Virus record (IMG/VR): IMGVR_UViG_3300019135_000051
Span: 1 to 53,953 of that record
Source: a virus
Lineage: Duplodnaviria; Caudoviricetes
Strand: one strand, 5' to 3'
Length of the DNA: 53,953 bases
Positions 38,075-48,216 of the stretch are shown here, in pieces. The position numbers were made by a program, and so were the translations under genes. A model generated the notes under the pieces. It saw only the letters and a program-made list of their open reading frames with translations. It made no database searches and was not told where the DNA came from. Each line of letters begins with the position of its first letter. Positions within the stretch are counted from its first letter, which is position 1.

Positions 38075-38932
38075 TTGTCGGATTTAAAGTTGGCTGTTTC
38101 TGAAAAATTAACTTATTGCACGGTCAGAATTGAATGCATCTTAAAAGACGGATCTACAAGTACTGGAACCGGATTCTTTTTTAATTTCCTTGAGGGAAAC
38201 AACAGGTATTTACCTACTATCGTGACTAATAAACATGTAGTCAAAGATGCAGTAATAGGGAGAATTCCAATTACAATTCAGGATAGTAACGGTAACCCTC
38301 AAACAGGCTCTTATTTTAATGTTGAGGTACCAGACTTTGAGCGTAAATGTATTTTTCATCCTGAGGATGATGTTGACCTTTGTGTATTACCGATCACCTT
38401 TATACTCAATACATTAGAATCACACGGCGTAAAAGCTTATAATCTAGCATTAACTAAAGCGCAAATTCCAACTGCTGAAGATCTGAACGATTTGACAGCT
38501 TTGGAAGAAGTAATAATGATTGGTTATCCAAACGGAATATGGGATCATGTGAATAACTTACCAATTGTTCGCAGTGGTGTAACAGCAACGCACCCTAATA
38601 TTGACTATCAAGGTAGACCAGAATTTATGATTGATGCAGCTTGTTTCCCTGGCTCTAGTGGATCTCCGGTACTGCTCTATAATCAGGGTTCATACGTATC
38701 AAAATCTAAGGGTGTACTTATCGGAGGAACAAGATTAATGCTTTTAGGTGTCCTCTATGCCGGCCCCCAACATACGGCCTCGGGGGAAATAAAAATCGTC
38801 AACATTCCTACGAGACAAGAACCGGTGGTCATTTCAAGAGTACCAAATAATTTAGGACTGATCATAAAGTCTCGTAAGATAATAGAGTTCGAAGAAATCC
38901 TAAGAAATTTAATCGCAGAGAAGAATAAATAA
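38075..38932 (+). CDS. Trypsin-like serine protease (moron)
   Basis: GTGFF, VTNKHV (His), VDLC (Asp), PGSSGSP (Ser). Confidence 0.9.
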   Translation: MSDLKLAVSEKLTYCTVRIECILKDGSTSTGTGFFFNFLEGNNRYLPTIVTNKHVVKDAVIGRIPITIQDSNGNPQTGSYFNVEVPDFERKCIFHPEDDVDLCVLPITFILNTLESHGVKAYNLALTKAQIPTAEDLNDLTALEEVIMIGYPNGIWDHVNNLPIVRSGVTATHPNIDYQGRPEFMIDAACFPGSSGSPVLLYNQGSYVSKSKGVLIGGTRLMLLGVLYAGPQHTASGEIKIVNIPTRQEPVVISRVPNNLGLIIKSRKIIEFEEILRNLIAEKNK

Positions 38933-39150
38933 TAAGGTATATACTGTTTTGATGCCTTTTTGTGTGCATGTTCCCTTTCTGTTCGCATATAAAAGTAAAT
39001 CACGTTCTGTTGGGTGATTCCAAGAGCTCGCATGACTAAATGCTTTCCTGGTTCTCCTGCTGGCAGCTCGTGGCCTTCCTGCGGCATTCTTGTTCTAAGC
39101 ATCTGAAAGAATGAAACCCGCCCCGCTTACGCTGAGGTGGGTTTTGCTGT

Positions 39151-39588
39151 TTAAATACTTTTTCCGATCTGCTCCAGAACCTTGATAAAAAGCGGTGACA
39201 ATTGAATGAGGACGTATCCCAGGCCCGCGTTTTGGATGGTGCTCCAGGCCTTTTCTGAGTTGCCGAACATGAAGAAGAAACAGCCGCCGATCATGACGAT
39301 GGATGCAACTGGTAGCGAAATTGCCACCAGGATCTGCACAATAGGATCCAAGGCGTGTGAAAGGATCTGTAGTGCGGTGCCGGCAACAACTTTCGATGCT
39401 GTTTCCGTAGCACCAGATGCACTTGCAAACGACGCCATTGGGGCGATAGCCAATGGGATTAGTGTTCCAGCCTTCACCAACCCGTCGACAAGCGCGGCAA
39501 CCTCCTCTTTACTCAATTTCTTTTTCTTTGGTTCTTTCCACGTTCCGTCCATGAAATCCCGAAACTTGATGGTTTGAACCTTCGCCAT
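39151..39588 (-). CDS. Membrane protein with TrbC/VirB2 pilin-like topology
   Basis: Two hydrophobic helices separated by FGNSEKAWSTIQNA. Confidence 0.6.
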   Translation of the reverse strand: MAKVQTIKFRDFMDGTWKEPKKKKLSKEEVAALVDGLVKAGTLIPLAIAPMASFASASGATETASKVVAGTALQILSHALDPIVQILVAISLPVASIVMIGGCFFFMFGNSEKAWSTIQNAGLGYVLIQLSPLFIKVLEQIGKSI

Positions 39589-39600
39589 TTGGACCACTCC

Positions 39601-40206
39601 TTATCGAATGTCATCAATCAGGTAAACCGAGGATGGCATACCCTCGCATATGTCTCTGAACCGCCTTACTCTGCCGGGGCTGACCGTTACGATGTGAAGG
39701 GTGGGGAAGTATCCAAACTGCTGTTGAAACAAGCCTCGGTCGAACATCTCCCGATATCTCTTGATTTTTGCGCTGTTTTCGACCATGGTCTGAGTGTTAT
39801 CGACCTCTAGAAAGTGATACTGCTTATTCTTCATGAACAGGGCGTCTGCAACGAGCGTGGTCTGCCCATCAGTCACCTTGATCTCGTTTCTCCAATTGAC
39901 AGGACAGCCGACATGGAAAAAGAAATCGTTTCGCATCAGAGTGTGTCTGATTTGGAGGGTGCGTTTGACCACCTTTTTAGAGCCGATCATCTGCCGGCCG
40001 TGCTTATTCAGGTAGTAGACTGTGCCATACCGCTCTTCCCGGAAACTGTGAACGAGATCTCCCATCTGCCTGAGTACCTTCTGGGCGTTCCGATCACCGC
40101 CCAAGCGGTGCAGCCGCTGGAGTTGCCCTCTACTCAAAAAACCGAATCTGTCCAAGCTGTGCAGGATCTGCTCCTGTCTTTCTAACCTGTTCACGGCGAC
40201 TCTCAT
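39601..40206 (-). CDS. Replication-relaxation (Replic_Relax) family protein
   Basis: LDRFGFLSRGQL wHTH, YYL, HTLMRND, VADA...FLEVD. Confidence 0.85.
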   Translation of the reverse strand: MRVAVNRLERQEQILHSLDRFGFLSRGQLQRLHRLGGDRNAQKVLRQMGDLVHSFREERYGTVYYLNKHGRQMIGSKKVVKRTLQIRHTLMRNDFFFHVGCPVNWRNEIKVTDGQTTLVADALFMKNKQYHFLEVDNTQTMVENSAKIKRYREMFDRGLFQQQFGYFPTLHIVTVSPGRVRRFRDICEGMPSSVYLIDDIR

Positions 40207-41458
40207 CGCTGGCCTCCTTCCTTGGCTTGATTACGATGTTTGGCTGAACGACATACCGGATGGTCTTTGTGTCGATGAGCGGAGTCTGCACGATCTGCCG
40301 TTTGTCAGCGGTCTGAAAGATAGCTCGCCCTTTGATCTCAGGTAGAGTTTCGGCCCCGGTATCATCAAGTACGACACGGGAAGCGGTCCCGTTCTGCACG
40401 CGGAAGCATAGCTTCGCATCACTGTTTTGCTTGCACTGGCGAGGTATGACATCGCCGGTGGGGTACTGTGTGGCCAGGATCTGACGGTAACCAAGACCGG
40501 CACCGAGACGGGCAATCGTGCTCATGTACGTCTGGCAGCGTTCCTTCAGAGCGCGTTCTTCCTTTGTCACCGCCTCATCAGGGTTGAGTTCGCCGACCTC
40601 ATCGACGATTACGAAATGCCGAAAGGGGTCCTTGGCCTCCTGTACGTTTTTCACACCGCGTCGCTTGAGCGCCTGTTGCTTTTCCCGCATCTCCACTACA
40701 ACGGCCTGCAATGCCTTCTCAGCTTCTTCAGGCTCCTCAGCGTAGTGGGAGACCTGCTTCGCATCCTGGAATTCATGGAACTCTACGCCGCCTTTGAGGT
40801 CGACAAGCGTAAAACGAACGTGATCTGGCTGCTGTGCGATCAACGTGGCGATCAACATATTGAGAAAGTTGCTTTTTCCGTATCGGGTCGCGCCGCCAAC
40901 GACCATATGCGGCGTTTGATCGAAGTCGTGGTAGATGATGGTGTTGCTCTCCCTGATCTGGCCAACGGGAACCTTCCAGTCCCCGACAAGCGGAGCGTCT
41001 TCATAGTTTAACAGGGGCGGTAACGGAGTGTGATAGACCCGCACCTTGAGCAGGCCATCATAAATTAACTCCACCTCCTTCTTTACCGCTTTCCTCGTGA
41101 GGAGCATTTTGACTTGTGGAATCAGTGGCTGCCCCCAGTCTATCTTCATGAAATCCGCCAATGTTACCTGAAAAGGCATCTTTCGGTTGTTCAGACCGTC
41201 CTGGATGTGGTTGAGCTTTGCAAGGTAATCCTCAAAACTCCGTCCGAGCGGGATCCGGTAGCTGTACTCCGTTCCCCAGGTGTGGGCCCGCTTTTTGATC
41301 AGTTGCGCCGTGTAAGTCTTATCCTTGTCGCGGACGTTCAGGCCAGTGAGCGTAAAGATTTTGTTTATTTTGTCGCTGTCGCTCGTCAATCCGGATTTTT
41401 TAATTTTTGCATAAAACGCAATCCCTCCCATGATGGCAGTAGTGAAGACCTCAATCAT
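40130..41458 (-). CDS. FtsK/SpoIIIE-domain ATPase
   Basis: PHMVVGGATRYGKS, DLKGG, VDEVGEL, ATQYP. Confidence 0.92.
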   Translation of the reverse strand: MIEVFTTAIMGGIAFYAKIKKSGLTSDSDKINKIFTLTGLNVRDKDKTYTAQLIKKRAHTWGTEYSYRIPLGRSFEDYLAKLNHIQDGLNNRKMPFQVTLADFMKIDWGQPLIPQVKMLLTRKAVKKEVELIYDGLLKVRVYHTPLPPLLNYEDAPLVGDWKVPVGQIRESNTIIYHDFDQTPHMVVGGATRYGKSNFLNMLIATLIAQQPDHVRFTLVDLKGGVEFHEFQDAKQVSHYAEEPEEAEKALQAVVVEMREKQQALKRRGVKNVQEAKDPFRHFVIVDEVGELNPDEAVTKEERALKERCQTYMSTIARLGAGLGYRQILATQYPTGDVIPRQCKQNSDAKLCFRVQNGTASRVVLDDTGAETLPEIKGRAIFQTADKRQIVQTPLIDTKTIRYVVQPNIVIKPRKEASDESRREQVRKTGADPAQLGQIRFFE

Positions 41459-41728
41459 TCGATCACTCCTTCTCGCGCCACCTCATTGTTGTTTCGGTAG
41501 AAACAGTTGCGAAGAAAGCGAACCGCACAGAGCTGCTATTTACTCTTGAAAAGTCTGTATTTGCTGGTTCGTTTCGTCGTTTCGCCGGCCGGCGACGCAA
41601 ACGAATAGCGGTGCGAACTGACTTTGGTATAACTTGATGCCAAACGGATTGTCCAGTATTCCTAAATGAATCAACGTTTGAAAAAAGAAACTTTTGACCA
41701 AGCTATTAGCAAAAGGAGCTGGTTATAA

Positions 41729-41953
41729 ATGTTTGGATTGGGCAAGCCCAGATCACGGTTTGGTAAGTGGTTGGACCGGAACGGGATCACACAAGAGGAG
41801 TTATCAAGAGAAAGTGGGGTGAATAAGTCAACAATCAGCCGAATATGCAGCGGTGATGCCTTTAAGCCCTCAATACGGAGTGCAGCCAAAATTATCAAGG
41901 CACTCCGGAACAGAGGCAAGGATGTGACCATGGATGATTTTTGGTCGATGTAG
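41729..41953 (+). CDS. XRE HTH regulator divergent from the FtsK operon
   Basis: GITQEELSRESGVNKSTISRIC. Confidence 0.88.
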   Translation: MFGLGKPRSRFGKWLDRNGITQEELSRESGVNKSTISRICSGDAFKPSIRSAAKIIKALRNRGKDVTMDDFWSM

Positions 41954-41965
41954 GAGAGAGTTGTT

Positions 41966-42172
41966 TTGAAAAGAACAAAAAGACGCAAACGTCCGGCCAT
42001 TAGAATTGGAGCTCATTACATGTTGATCGATGGGAAGGAAGTAGAAATCGATCCTTTCAAGACAAATTTACCCGATCGTTGTAAACAGGCTTTGACCGAA
42101 ATAGTAACCGGCCATCCCTGCAGGTTTGTTGACAACGGCGTTGACAACCAAACTGACAACGCACATAAGTAA
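41966..42172 (+). CDS. Small hypothetical protein
   Basis: RBS AGGAGAG with TTG start. Confidence 0.55.
   Translation: MKRTKRRKRPAIRIGAHYMLIDGKEVEIDPFKTNLPDRCKQALTEIVTGHPCRFVDNGVDNQTDNAHK
42128..42160 (+). repeat. Three TGACAAC direct repeats about 12 bp apart, probable integrase arm-type sites
   Basis: GTTGACAAC ggc GTTGACAAC caaa CTGACAAC, about 110 bp before the att core. Confidence 0.65.
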
Positions 42173-42266
42173 AACAAATAAACCTTACGTAGCCAAAAGA
42201 AAGAAAAACCGCAGTAGAATGCGGTTTTTGCGGTCAGATTAACCACCGGAAACACGATTGATCAAA

Positions 42267-42311
42267 TTGACAGGGTGGGGGTCGCTGGTTCGAACCCAGT
42301 CCGGATCACCA
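42267..42311 (+). tRNA. 3' half of tRNA-Val(GAC) = attR core (not a full tRNA)
   Basis: TTGACAGGGTGGGGGTCGCTGGTTCGAACCCAGTCCGGATCACCA: anticodon loop GAC, T-arm GGTTCGAA, CCA end; no 5' half upstream. Confidence 0.9.
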
Positions 42312-42326
42312 TACATAAGACGTTGG

Positions 42327-42352
42327 AACCCTTGCGGAAGCAGGGGTTTTTC
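42327..42352 (+). terminator. Terminator downstream of the tRNA 3' end
   Basis: AACCCTTGC GGAA GCAGGGGTT followed by TTT. Confidence 0.7.
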
Positions 42353-42428
42353 ATTTTTCTGTTTCTGTATAAGTAAGAGCGTACGGTCACCTCAATGCCT
42401 TTTGACGACCACTTGGTGACCAAAGGCT

Positions 42429-42597
42429 CTAGTTACCTGTTTTCTTGAATAATAACTCGTTAATTGCATTTGATGATTCTGCTTGCATGGTGGGCTGAAC
42501 ATGGCTGTATGTGTCCAGTGTTTCTGGTATTCCTGTGTACTAGACGCTCTGGAACTACTTTGACATGAATACCCTGTTTTAGAAGAAGAGTGGCGTA
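42429..42597 (-). pseudogene. C-terminal remnant of a second tyrosine integrase
   Basis: Minus strand reads YATLLLKQGIHVKVVPERL, then after a frameshift ETLDTYSHVQPTMQAES... Confidence 0.82.
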
Positions 42598-42668
42598 CCG
42601 ATCCCGGACGCTAGTCATGTGTGAGGACCAATACGCGAATCTGAGTGCGGCGCAGGGGTATGCTTATC

Positions 42669-43560
42669 CAGAAGTCGCAAGGCGTTCAGATTCCTGTTCA
42701 AGACGTAGAAATGCGTGCGTTGGACGTGTATGAGCGTCTTGTGGAGGTGGGCGCATGATCGAGTTCGAACAAGCCCGCCACCGTTTGGAGGAACTCGGAT
42801 TGGGCCAAGCGGCCCAATCACTCGATGCAAAGTTGGAAGCCGCCAGCCGCAACCAAAGCACGTATCTCTCTTTCCTCAACGAATTGCTAGATGCTGAGAT
42901 TCAAGAGCGCCAGCGCCGAAACGTGGGGGTTCGCATGAAGCTGTTCCACCTGCCTTATCGGCGCGCGCTGAGCGAGTTCGATTTCTCCTTTCAACCGGGG
43001 ATTGATGAGCGACTGATTCGTGAACTGGCGGCGCTGTCCTTCGTTGGGAGGCAAGAAAATGTACTGTTTCTTGGTCCTCCTCGCGTGGGGAAAACGCATT
43101 TAGCAATTGCCATTGCCATGGAGGCCATTGGACAAAGATTGCCTGTGTATTTCGTTTCACTCGCACAGCTCGTGGGCTGCAAACAGCTTACGAAGAGAAG
43201 CGCCTGGACAAGCGAATGAGGGTATATCTTCGTCCGCGCATCCTCATCGTAGACGAGGTGGGATACCTCCCTCTCCATCCGCTTGCTGCAAACCTGATTT
43301 TTCAGTTGGTTTGTGCACGCTACGAGAAAGGAAGCATGATTCTAACTAGCAACAAAAGCTTCGGCGAGTGGGGTGAACTCATGGGCGATCACGTTCTTGC
43401 AACAGCTGTTCTTGATCGCTTATTGCATCACTCCCACGTCGTGAACATCCGAGGGAACAGCTACCGACTCAAAGAAAAACTAAAAACCGGAATCTATTCG
43501 ACGCTAGGCGCACAGGTGGGTCAAAATTATCCCGGCGTTGAGAGTTTTGATAGCCATTAA
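42669..43560 (+). mobile_element. istB: Degenerate IS21-family element: istA C-terminal stub plus frameshifted istB
   Basis: VEMRALDVYERL stub; FDFSFQP, GPPRVGKTHLA, DEVGY, TSNK, LDRLLHH, GNSYR split across two frames. Confidence 0.88.
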
Positions 43561-43636
43561 ATAAAGGACATGTAATTACACCAAACTGTATCCGAAGATG
43601 CTTAAGATTGACATAAGAGGAGAAATTATTATATAT

Positions 43637-44166
43637 TAGAGATTTATGATTTCTATAATGACCAGAAAGGTTACGCAACTCCAACTCAGCTTACCTTAGC
43701 AATTAATTTAGGAACTACCCCTAGTACTATAAGTAGGCACCTAAAGACATTAGAAGAAAAGGAGTTTATTGAGAGTAAAGGGAGAAAAGATAAACAGAAA
43801 AGATACTACCCTGTTTTCAAACTTGCAGAAAATCCCTATATAATCTTAACTGAGTGGTTTCACTTTGGAGTTAGGGTGTTGAACACCTGCAAGACTTGGT
43901 GGGCGGGGAATGGCCAAACAGATTACTCAAATTTAAATATAAAAAGTGACCTGGAATTTACTGTAGATGACCCGTACAAACAATATATCGTTAATTTAAG
44001 GAGATTTTCTCCCCAGCAGAGATGGGATTTCGTTATTAAAAATTTCCTTGATCATCTACTCCAAATTGCAAATGAGTACACACAAAAAGATATACAATAT
44101 GACTGGTTAGAAGAACTCATAAAATTTAATCAAAAAAATTTGAAGAACTGTTTGCCAATCGAATAA
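43637..44166 (+). pseudogene. 5'-truncated winged-HTH (HTH_36-like) protein
   Basis: Open frame GYATPTQLTLAINLGTTPSTISRHLKTLEEKEFI continues into ORF 43876-44166; no start codon, abuts the IS end. Confidence 0.6.
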
Positions 44167-44718
44167 CTAAATAAGAGTTGAGAAATTATGAAGATGAGGC
44201 GTAAGGCTTGTACACCTCGGAATGACAATATCCGTTAAAAGAGTTGTTCTTAAATCTTTTTTGGGGTGAAAAACTTGGACGAAGTCCGTAGTTTATCAAG
44301 CTATTACCTTTCTTTAGGTACTATTAATGATATTTTTATGTGTGCTTTTCTAAACTGTCACATTGCATTTTTAGCTTTACTTTAAGTCATTTTTGAAAGT
44401 CTAAAAACATAAACGCACTGTCAACTTACGTTTTTGCAACACATTTACCATGAGTCCCCTATGATATGGGAAGTAGCTTCTCATAACTGATGACAAGGAA
44501 TTTACCTAATACAACTAATAAGACTGTATAAAGTGTTAGGATCACAAAGCAACATTGGTAGTTATACGGGTTTTTTCTGTATGTACTTACCTGTTGCTGT
44601 TGTGGCCACCAAAAATGAATGTCTTAAATGGCAATAGTCGGTAGAAAGTGTTAAACAATGTTGATAAAATAGGAAATTAGTAATGGGTTGTTGTGGAATA
44701 TTTTTGAGGAGGCTCGGC

Positions 44719-46518
44719 ATGGCAAACAAGGTATTAATAGTAAAGAAATTAATGAGTTCTGATCTTGGGTGGTTTGCTGTATGTCGTACCCCGGATATTA
44801 CTAGAGCAAAGCAATGTGGATTGAATATAGATACCAAATTCATAACGAATTTATTTAATAACATAGAGGATCAGAATTCTATCCCAGTGGAAGTTTGTTA
44901 TTGGCAAAATGGAGACTCTGTACCTTTTAAAAAAAATTTTGAGATTCGGCATCAAGGCAAAAATTGGCGACTTACAGGGAAAATTGAAGGGGATTTTTAC
45001 TCGGGACTAAAACCAGGAGACTATATACTCCTTTTCTTTAATATTGACAGTGGTAAAACTAGTATCTATTGGGAGCTTGCTTGCCAAGATCCAAATATGG
45101 GTAGAACAGCACTTTATAAGTATATTGATAATGAAATAGGAGAAAACTCTATCGTCCATGATTCAACTATTAAAGAAAAAATTTTAAGCTTTCTAAAAGA
45201 TATAAACACAGAACTGCATGACTTTGTTAAGAATTCAGAGGTGGTGCACCAACAAGTTAAGAGAGCATTTTCATCTCGCCACGTTCTTGCAGATATTATG
45301 GCAACCGTAGTTACACTTTCTAGTAAAACACAAGTTGAATATTTAGACATCCTGGAACGTATTGTCGAACGGTTCAGATATCTTCTACGGGATCAGATTT
45401 TCTCAATAGACTTAAACCATAAACAAATGTGGGATTCTGTAAAGGGTATGAAACTTGGATTTATAGATGGTGGAGTTGCCTCAATTAGTTCACTTGGTTC
45501 TGAACCTATTGCTATAAGAGTGGGTGAATATACAGTTAAGCCTGGAATAATTGGTGATGACAGAGAGACTTTTAAGTTCAAAGCTCAACTTGTAGACGAG
45601 CTATATGACTACGAAAGTAGTATCTTCGATGAGTATTCTGATAACTTTCCTAAATTACTTGATATGGCGAGGATTTTTACAGAAGCTGGAGCAGTATACA
45701 AATCAATAAAAGAAGAGGACAAATGTGATTTCCTATTTTTACATGGCCCTTTGGTTAACCCGGCTGCACCTTATGCTGATTTACCCAAGTTTACTAACAA
45801 GGCTTTAGAAATGTTTGGGCTAAATCGAAACGACATAATACAAGGTGTGGTACCTCCCCCCGGTTATGAGTCTCACTTTATAGCTGTATATCAATATTTA
45901 CTACATTCAATCTTTAAAAGTGATACACCTATATGCGGCATTGTAGAACGTAGTGCAGGTTCTCGAATTGTATCAATGACTTTGCTAAATCAACTAGCAA
46001 AACGAGGATTTGCAATGGAAGCAGATCAGATTGCTAGTTCAATGAAGGAAAATCGAATCTCTGATGCGATACTTTTCTCTTGTTTATTGAAAGAAGGGGA
46101 GTATATTCGACCTATAAATATTGATAAGAATGAATTAGGAAAATCACCAGACAGATGGAAATCCGTAATTGATAACTATCCTGAGCCTCTAACAACTTAC
46201 TTGAAAGCAACGGATACCTCGTATCCTTTTAGAGTCGAACTGAACAAATCTTTTAATGAACACAGTCAATTCATAATAAGCTTGGTTTATCATATGGCTA
46301 GATTGCTCCCTCAATATGCTTTCCCTGTTGGCCTAGACATCGTTGATAAGTTTGCAAAAGTACCAGCTTGGATGACCAAGCAGATATCGAAGGAGCAGAG
46401 TGCTCAAATACTTAGTAAAGCTTTAACATCAGGAAGAAGAGATGTTGTCGATCTTGTTAGATTATACTTGTCTGGAAACTCTCGGGATTGGCTATTTAGG
46501 CCGAAATATGACCGTTAA
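44719..46518 (+). CDS. NurA-family nuclease with N-terminal EcoRII-N/B3-like domain
   Basis: GFIDGG, FLHGPL, ICGIVER, PFRVE, AFPVGLDIVDKFAKV; RBS GAGGAGG; upstream of HerA. Confidence 0.82.
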   Translation: MANKVLIVKKLMSSDLGWFAVCRTPDITRAKQCGLNIDTKFITNLFNNIEDQNSIPVEVCYWQNGDSVPFKKNFEIRHQGKNWRLTGKIEGDFYSGLKPGDYILLFFNIDSGKTSIYWELACQDPNMGRTALYKYIDNEIGENSIVHDSTIKEKILSFLKDINTELHDFVKNSEVVHQQVKRAFSSRHVLADIMATVVTLSSKTQVEYLDILERIVERFRYLLRDQIFSIDLNHKQMWDSVKGMKLGFIDGGVASISSLGSEPIAIRVGEYTVKPGIIGDDRETFKFKAQLVDELYDYESSIFDEYSDNFPKLLDMARIFTEAGAVYKSIKEEDKCDFLFLHGPLVNPAAPYADLPKFTNKALEMFGLNRNDIIQGVVPPPGYESHFIAVYQYLLHSIFKSDTPICGIVERSAGSRIVSMTLLNQLAKRGFAMEADQIASSMKENRISDAILFSCLLKEGEYIRPINIDKNELGKSPDRWKSVIDNYPEPLTTYLKATDTSYPFRVELNKSFNEHSQFIISLVYHMARLLPQYAFPVGLDIVDKFAKVPAWMTKQISKEQSAQILSKALTSGRRDVVDLVRLYLSGNSRDWLFRPKYDR

Positions 46519-46530
46519 AGGGGAAAAGTC

Positions 46531-48216
46531 ATGACTAATATTTGGAAACATATAGGAACTGTTGTTGGAAATACAGATACACAAGAATATACCTTCATTC
46601 TCAAGAAATTCAAATCCAGAGTAGGAGATATAGTATGTGTTAAAATGTTAATTCCTACAGAAGACTATATCTCAACGAAACAAGTATTAGTATGGGGAAG
46701 AGTTGTTTCTATAGAACGATATAATCCGTTCTTTCCTTTTGAAGCAGCACAAGAATTAGGTGAGAATGGCATTAACATAATTGATACAGTTCTTTCCAAT
46801 AGCCGAGACCAACTTCAAGCAAGGGTACTAGTTCTAGGTTATACGAATGAAGGAGATAGCAAATACAATCTTTTCCCAGTTACCTATCCAATCGAGCCAG
46901 CAGCTGAAGTTGTGTTTCCCCCATCTGATGTAATTACGCTTTTATTGCAAGGAGAACAAAAAGACACAAGTATTCATGTTGGGAGTCTTATATCACGCAG
47001 TGACGTTGGGGTATCGTTAAGAGCTAACCCCATCGTTGCTCGTCACATGGCAATCTTGGCTATGACAGGTGGTGGTAAATCAGTAGCCTCCAGACGAATT
47101 ATAAGGGAACTGGCAAACCAAGGTTATCCCCTTCTTATACTCGATCCTCATGGTGACTACTTGTCTCTTGCAGAACACCAAGAAAAGTTTGAAGGAAACA
47201 AGATAAAGCTCTTTTATCCACATATAAAAATAAACAGCAGAAACGAATACATGATAAAAATGCTCATTGCAAAGATGACAAAGGGCTTGACCGAACCACA
47301 ACAAGAAGTACTTGACTTAGCCCTTGAAAATGAAATACCAAGAAATGAGGTTAGTATTAGAGACTACATTGGTACCTTAATATCTAGAATCGATCAAATG
47401 CAAGTAGCTTCTACACTTAATCGTTCTAAAGGTGCACTAAAGCGTGCATTGAGGTTTGTGGATGAAAAACTTAACGCTATGGAGGCATCAAACCAACAAT
47501 TACGAACTAGGTTAGATAATTTTGATTTTAAGGAACTCCCTGATCCTATAGACAACCCAAACGGAATTATTGCCCCTAATCAAATATCTATCTTATATTT
47601 AGGTGGTTATGACCATATAACTCAAAGTACTATCGTTTCTATATTATTGGATGCAATGTTTAACCATAGAGCTACTATGACTAACCGAATACCTCCTTTC
47701 TTTACAGTAGTTGAAGAAGCTCACAATTTCATTCCTTCCCATTCAGAAGGTCAAAGTGATACTCCTTCTCTGGAATCAATTAGAAGAATCATTACTGAGG
47801 GAAGAAAATTTGGAACTGGGCTATTATTAATAAGTCAACGACCAAGTCGATTAGACCAAACTATTTTATCTCAATGTAACTCGTTTCTAATTTTACGACT
47901 TGTAAATCCAAAAGATCAGAACTTTGTGCGTCAGGTAATGGAAAATCTTTCTGAATCTGATGCAAGAATGCTTCCAGCGTTTGGTCCCGGTCAGGGGTTA
48001 ATTAGCGGACAGGCGGTTCGGTTTCCACTTTTAGTTAAGATAAAAATGGACGAAGACCTTATTCCGAGTACTATTGGGGATGAGAATTTTATTGAACAAG
48101 CAAAAGCGTGGGGGCAATCTCAAGAAGCTGAAGAAGTGGCCATTTCAAATGCAACAACAGAGTTTTTAAAGCGAGCTTCTAGACGTAAAAAACGGGTGAA
48201 TAGCAATGGAAAATGA
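46531..48216 (+). CDS. HerA-family ATPase/helicase (HAS barrel plus P-loop)
   Basis: HMAILAMTGGGKS, DPHGDY, VEEAHNF, EGRKFG, ISQRPS. Confidence 0.92.
   Translation: MTNIWKHIGTVVGNTDTQEYTFILKKFKSRVGDIVCVKMLIPTEDYISTKQVLVWGRVVSIERYNPFFPFEAAQELGENGINIIDTVLSNSRDQLQARVLVLGYTNEGDSKYNLFPVTYPIEPAAEVVFPPSDVITLLLQGEQKDTSIHVGSLISRSDVGVSLRANPIVARHMAILAMTGGGKSVASRRIIRELANQGYPLLILDPHGDYLSLAEHQEKFEGNKIKLFYPHIKINSRNEYMIKMLIAKMTKGLTEPQQEVLDLALENEIPRNEVSIRDYIGTLISRIDQMQVASTLNRSKGALKRALRFVDEKLNAMEASNQQLRTRLDNFDFKELPDPIDNPNGIIAPNQISILYLGGYDHITQSTIVSILLDAMFNHRATMTNRIPPFFTVVEEAHNFIPSHSEGQSDTPSLESIRRIITEGRKFGTGLLLISQRPSRLDQTILSQCNSFLILRLVNPKDQNFVRQVMENLSESDARMLPAFGPGQGLISGQAVRFPLLVKIKMDEDLIPSTIGDENFIEQAKAWGQSQEAEEVAISNATTEFLKRASRRKKRVNSNGK

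Larger units (their letters stand above)
1..42311. mobile_element. Temperate siphovirus prophage (HK97-fold head, cos/HNH packaging) integrated at tRNA-Val(GAC); attL just outside the window
   Basis: Ordered integrase, immunity, replication, packaging, head, tail and lysis modules, ending in a tRNA 3' fragment. Confidence 0.95.

Noticed and set aside
42240-42311. Complete tRNA gene
   Set aside because: Only the anticodon loop to CCA is present; no D-arm or 5' acceptor strand, so it is the att duplication.
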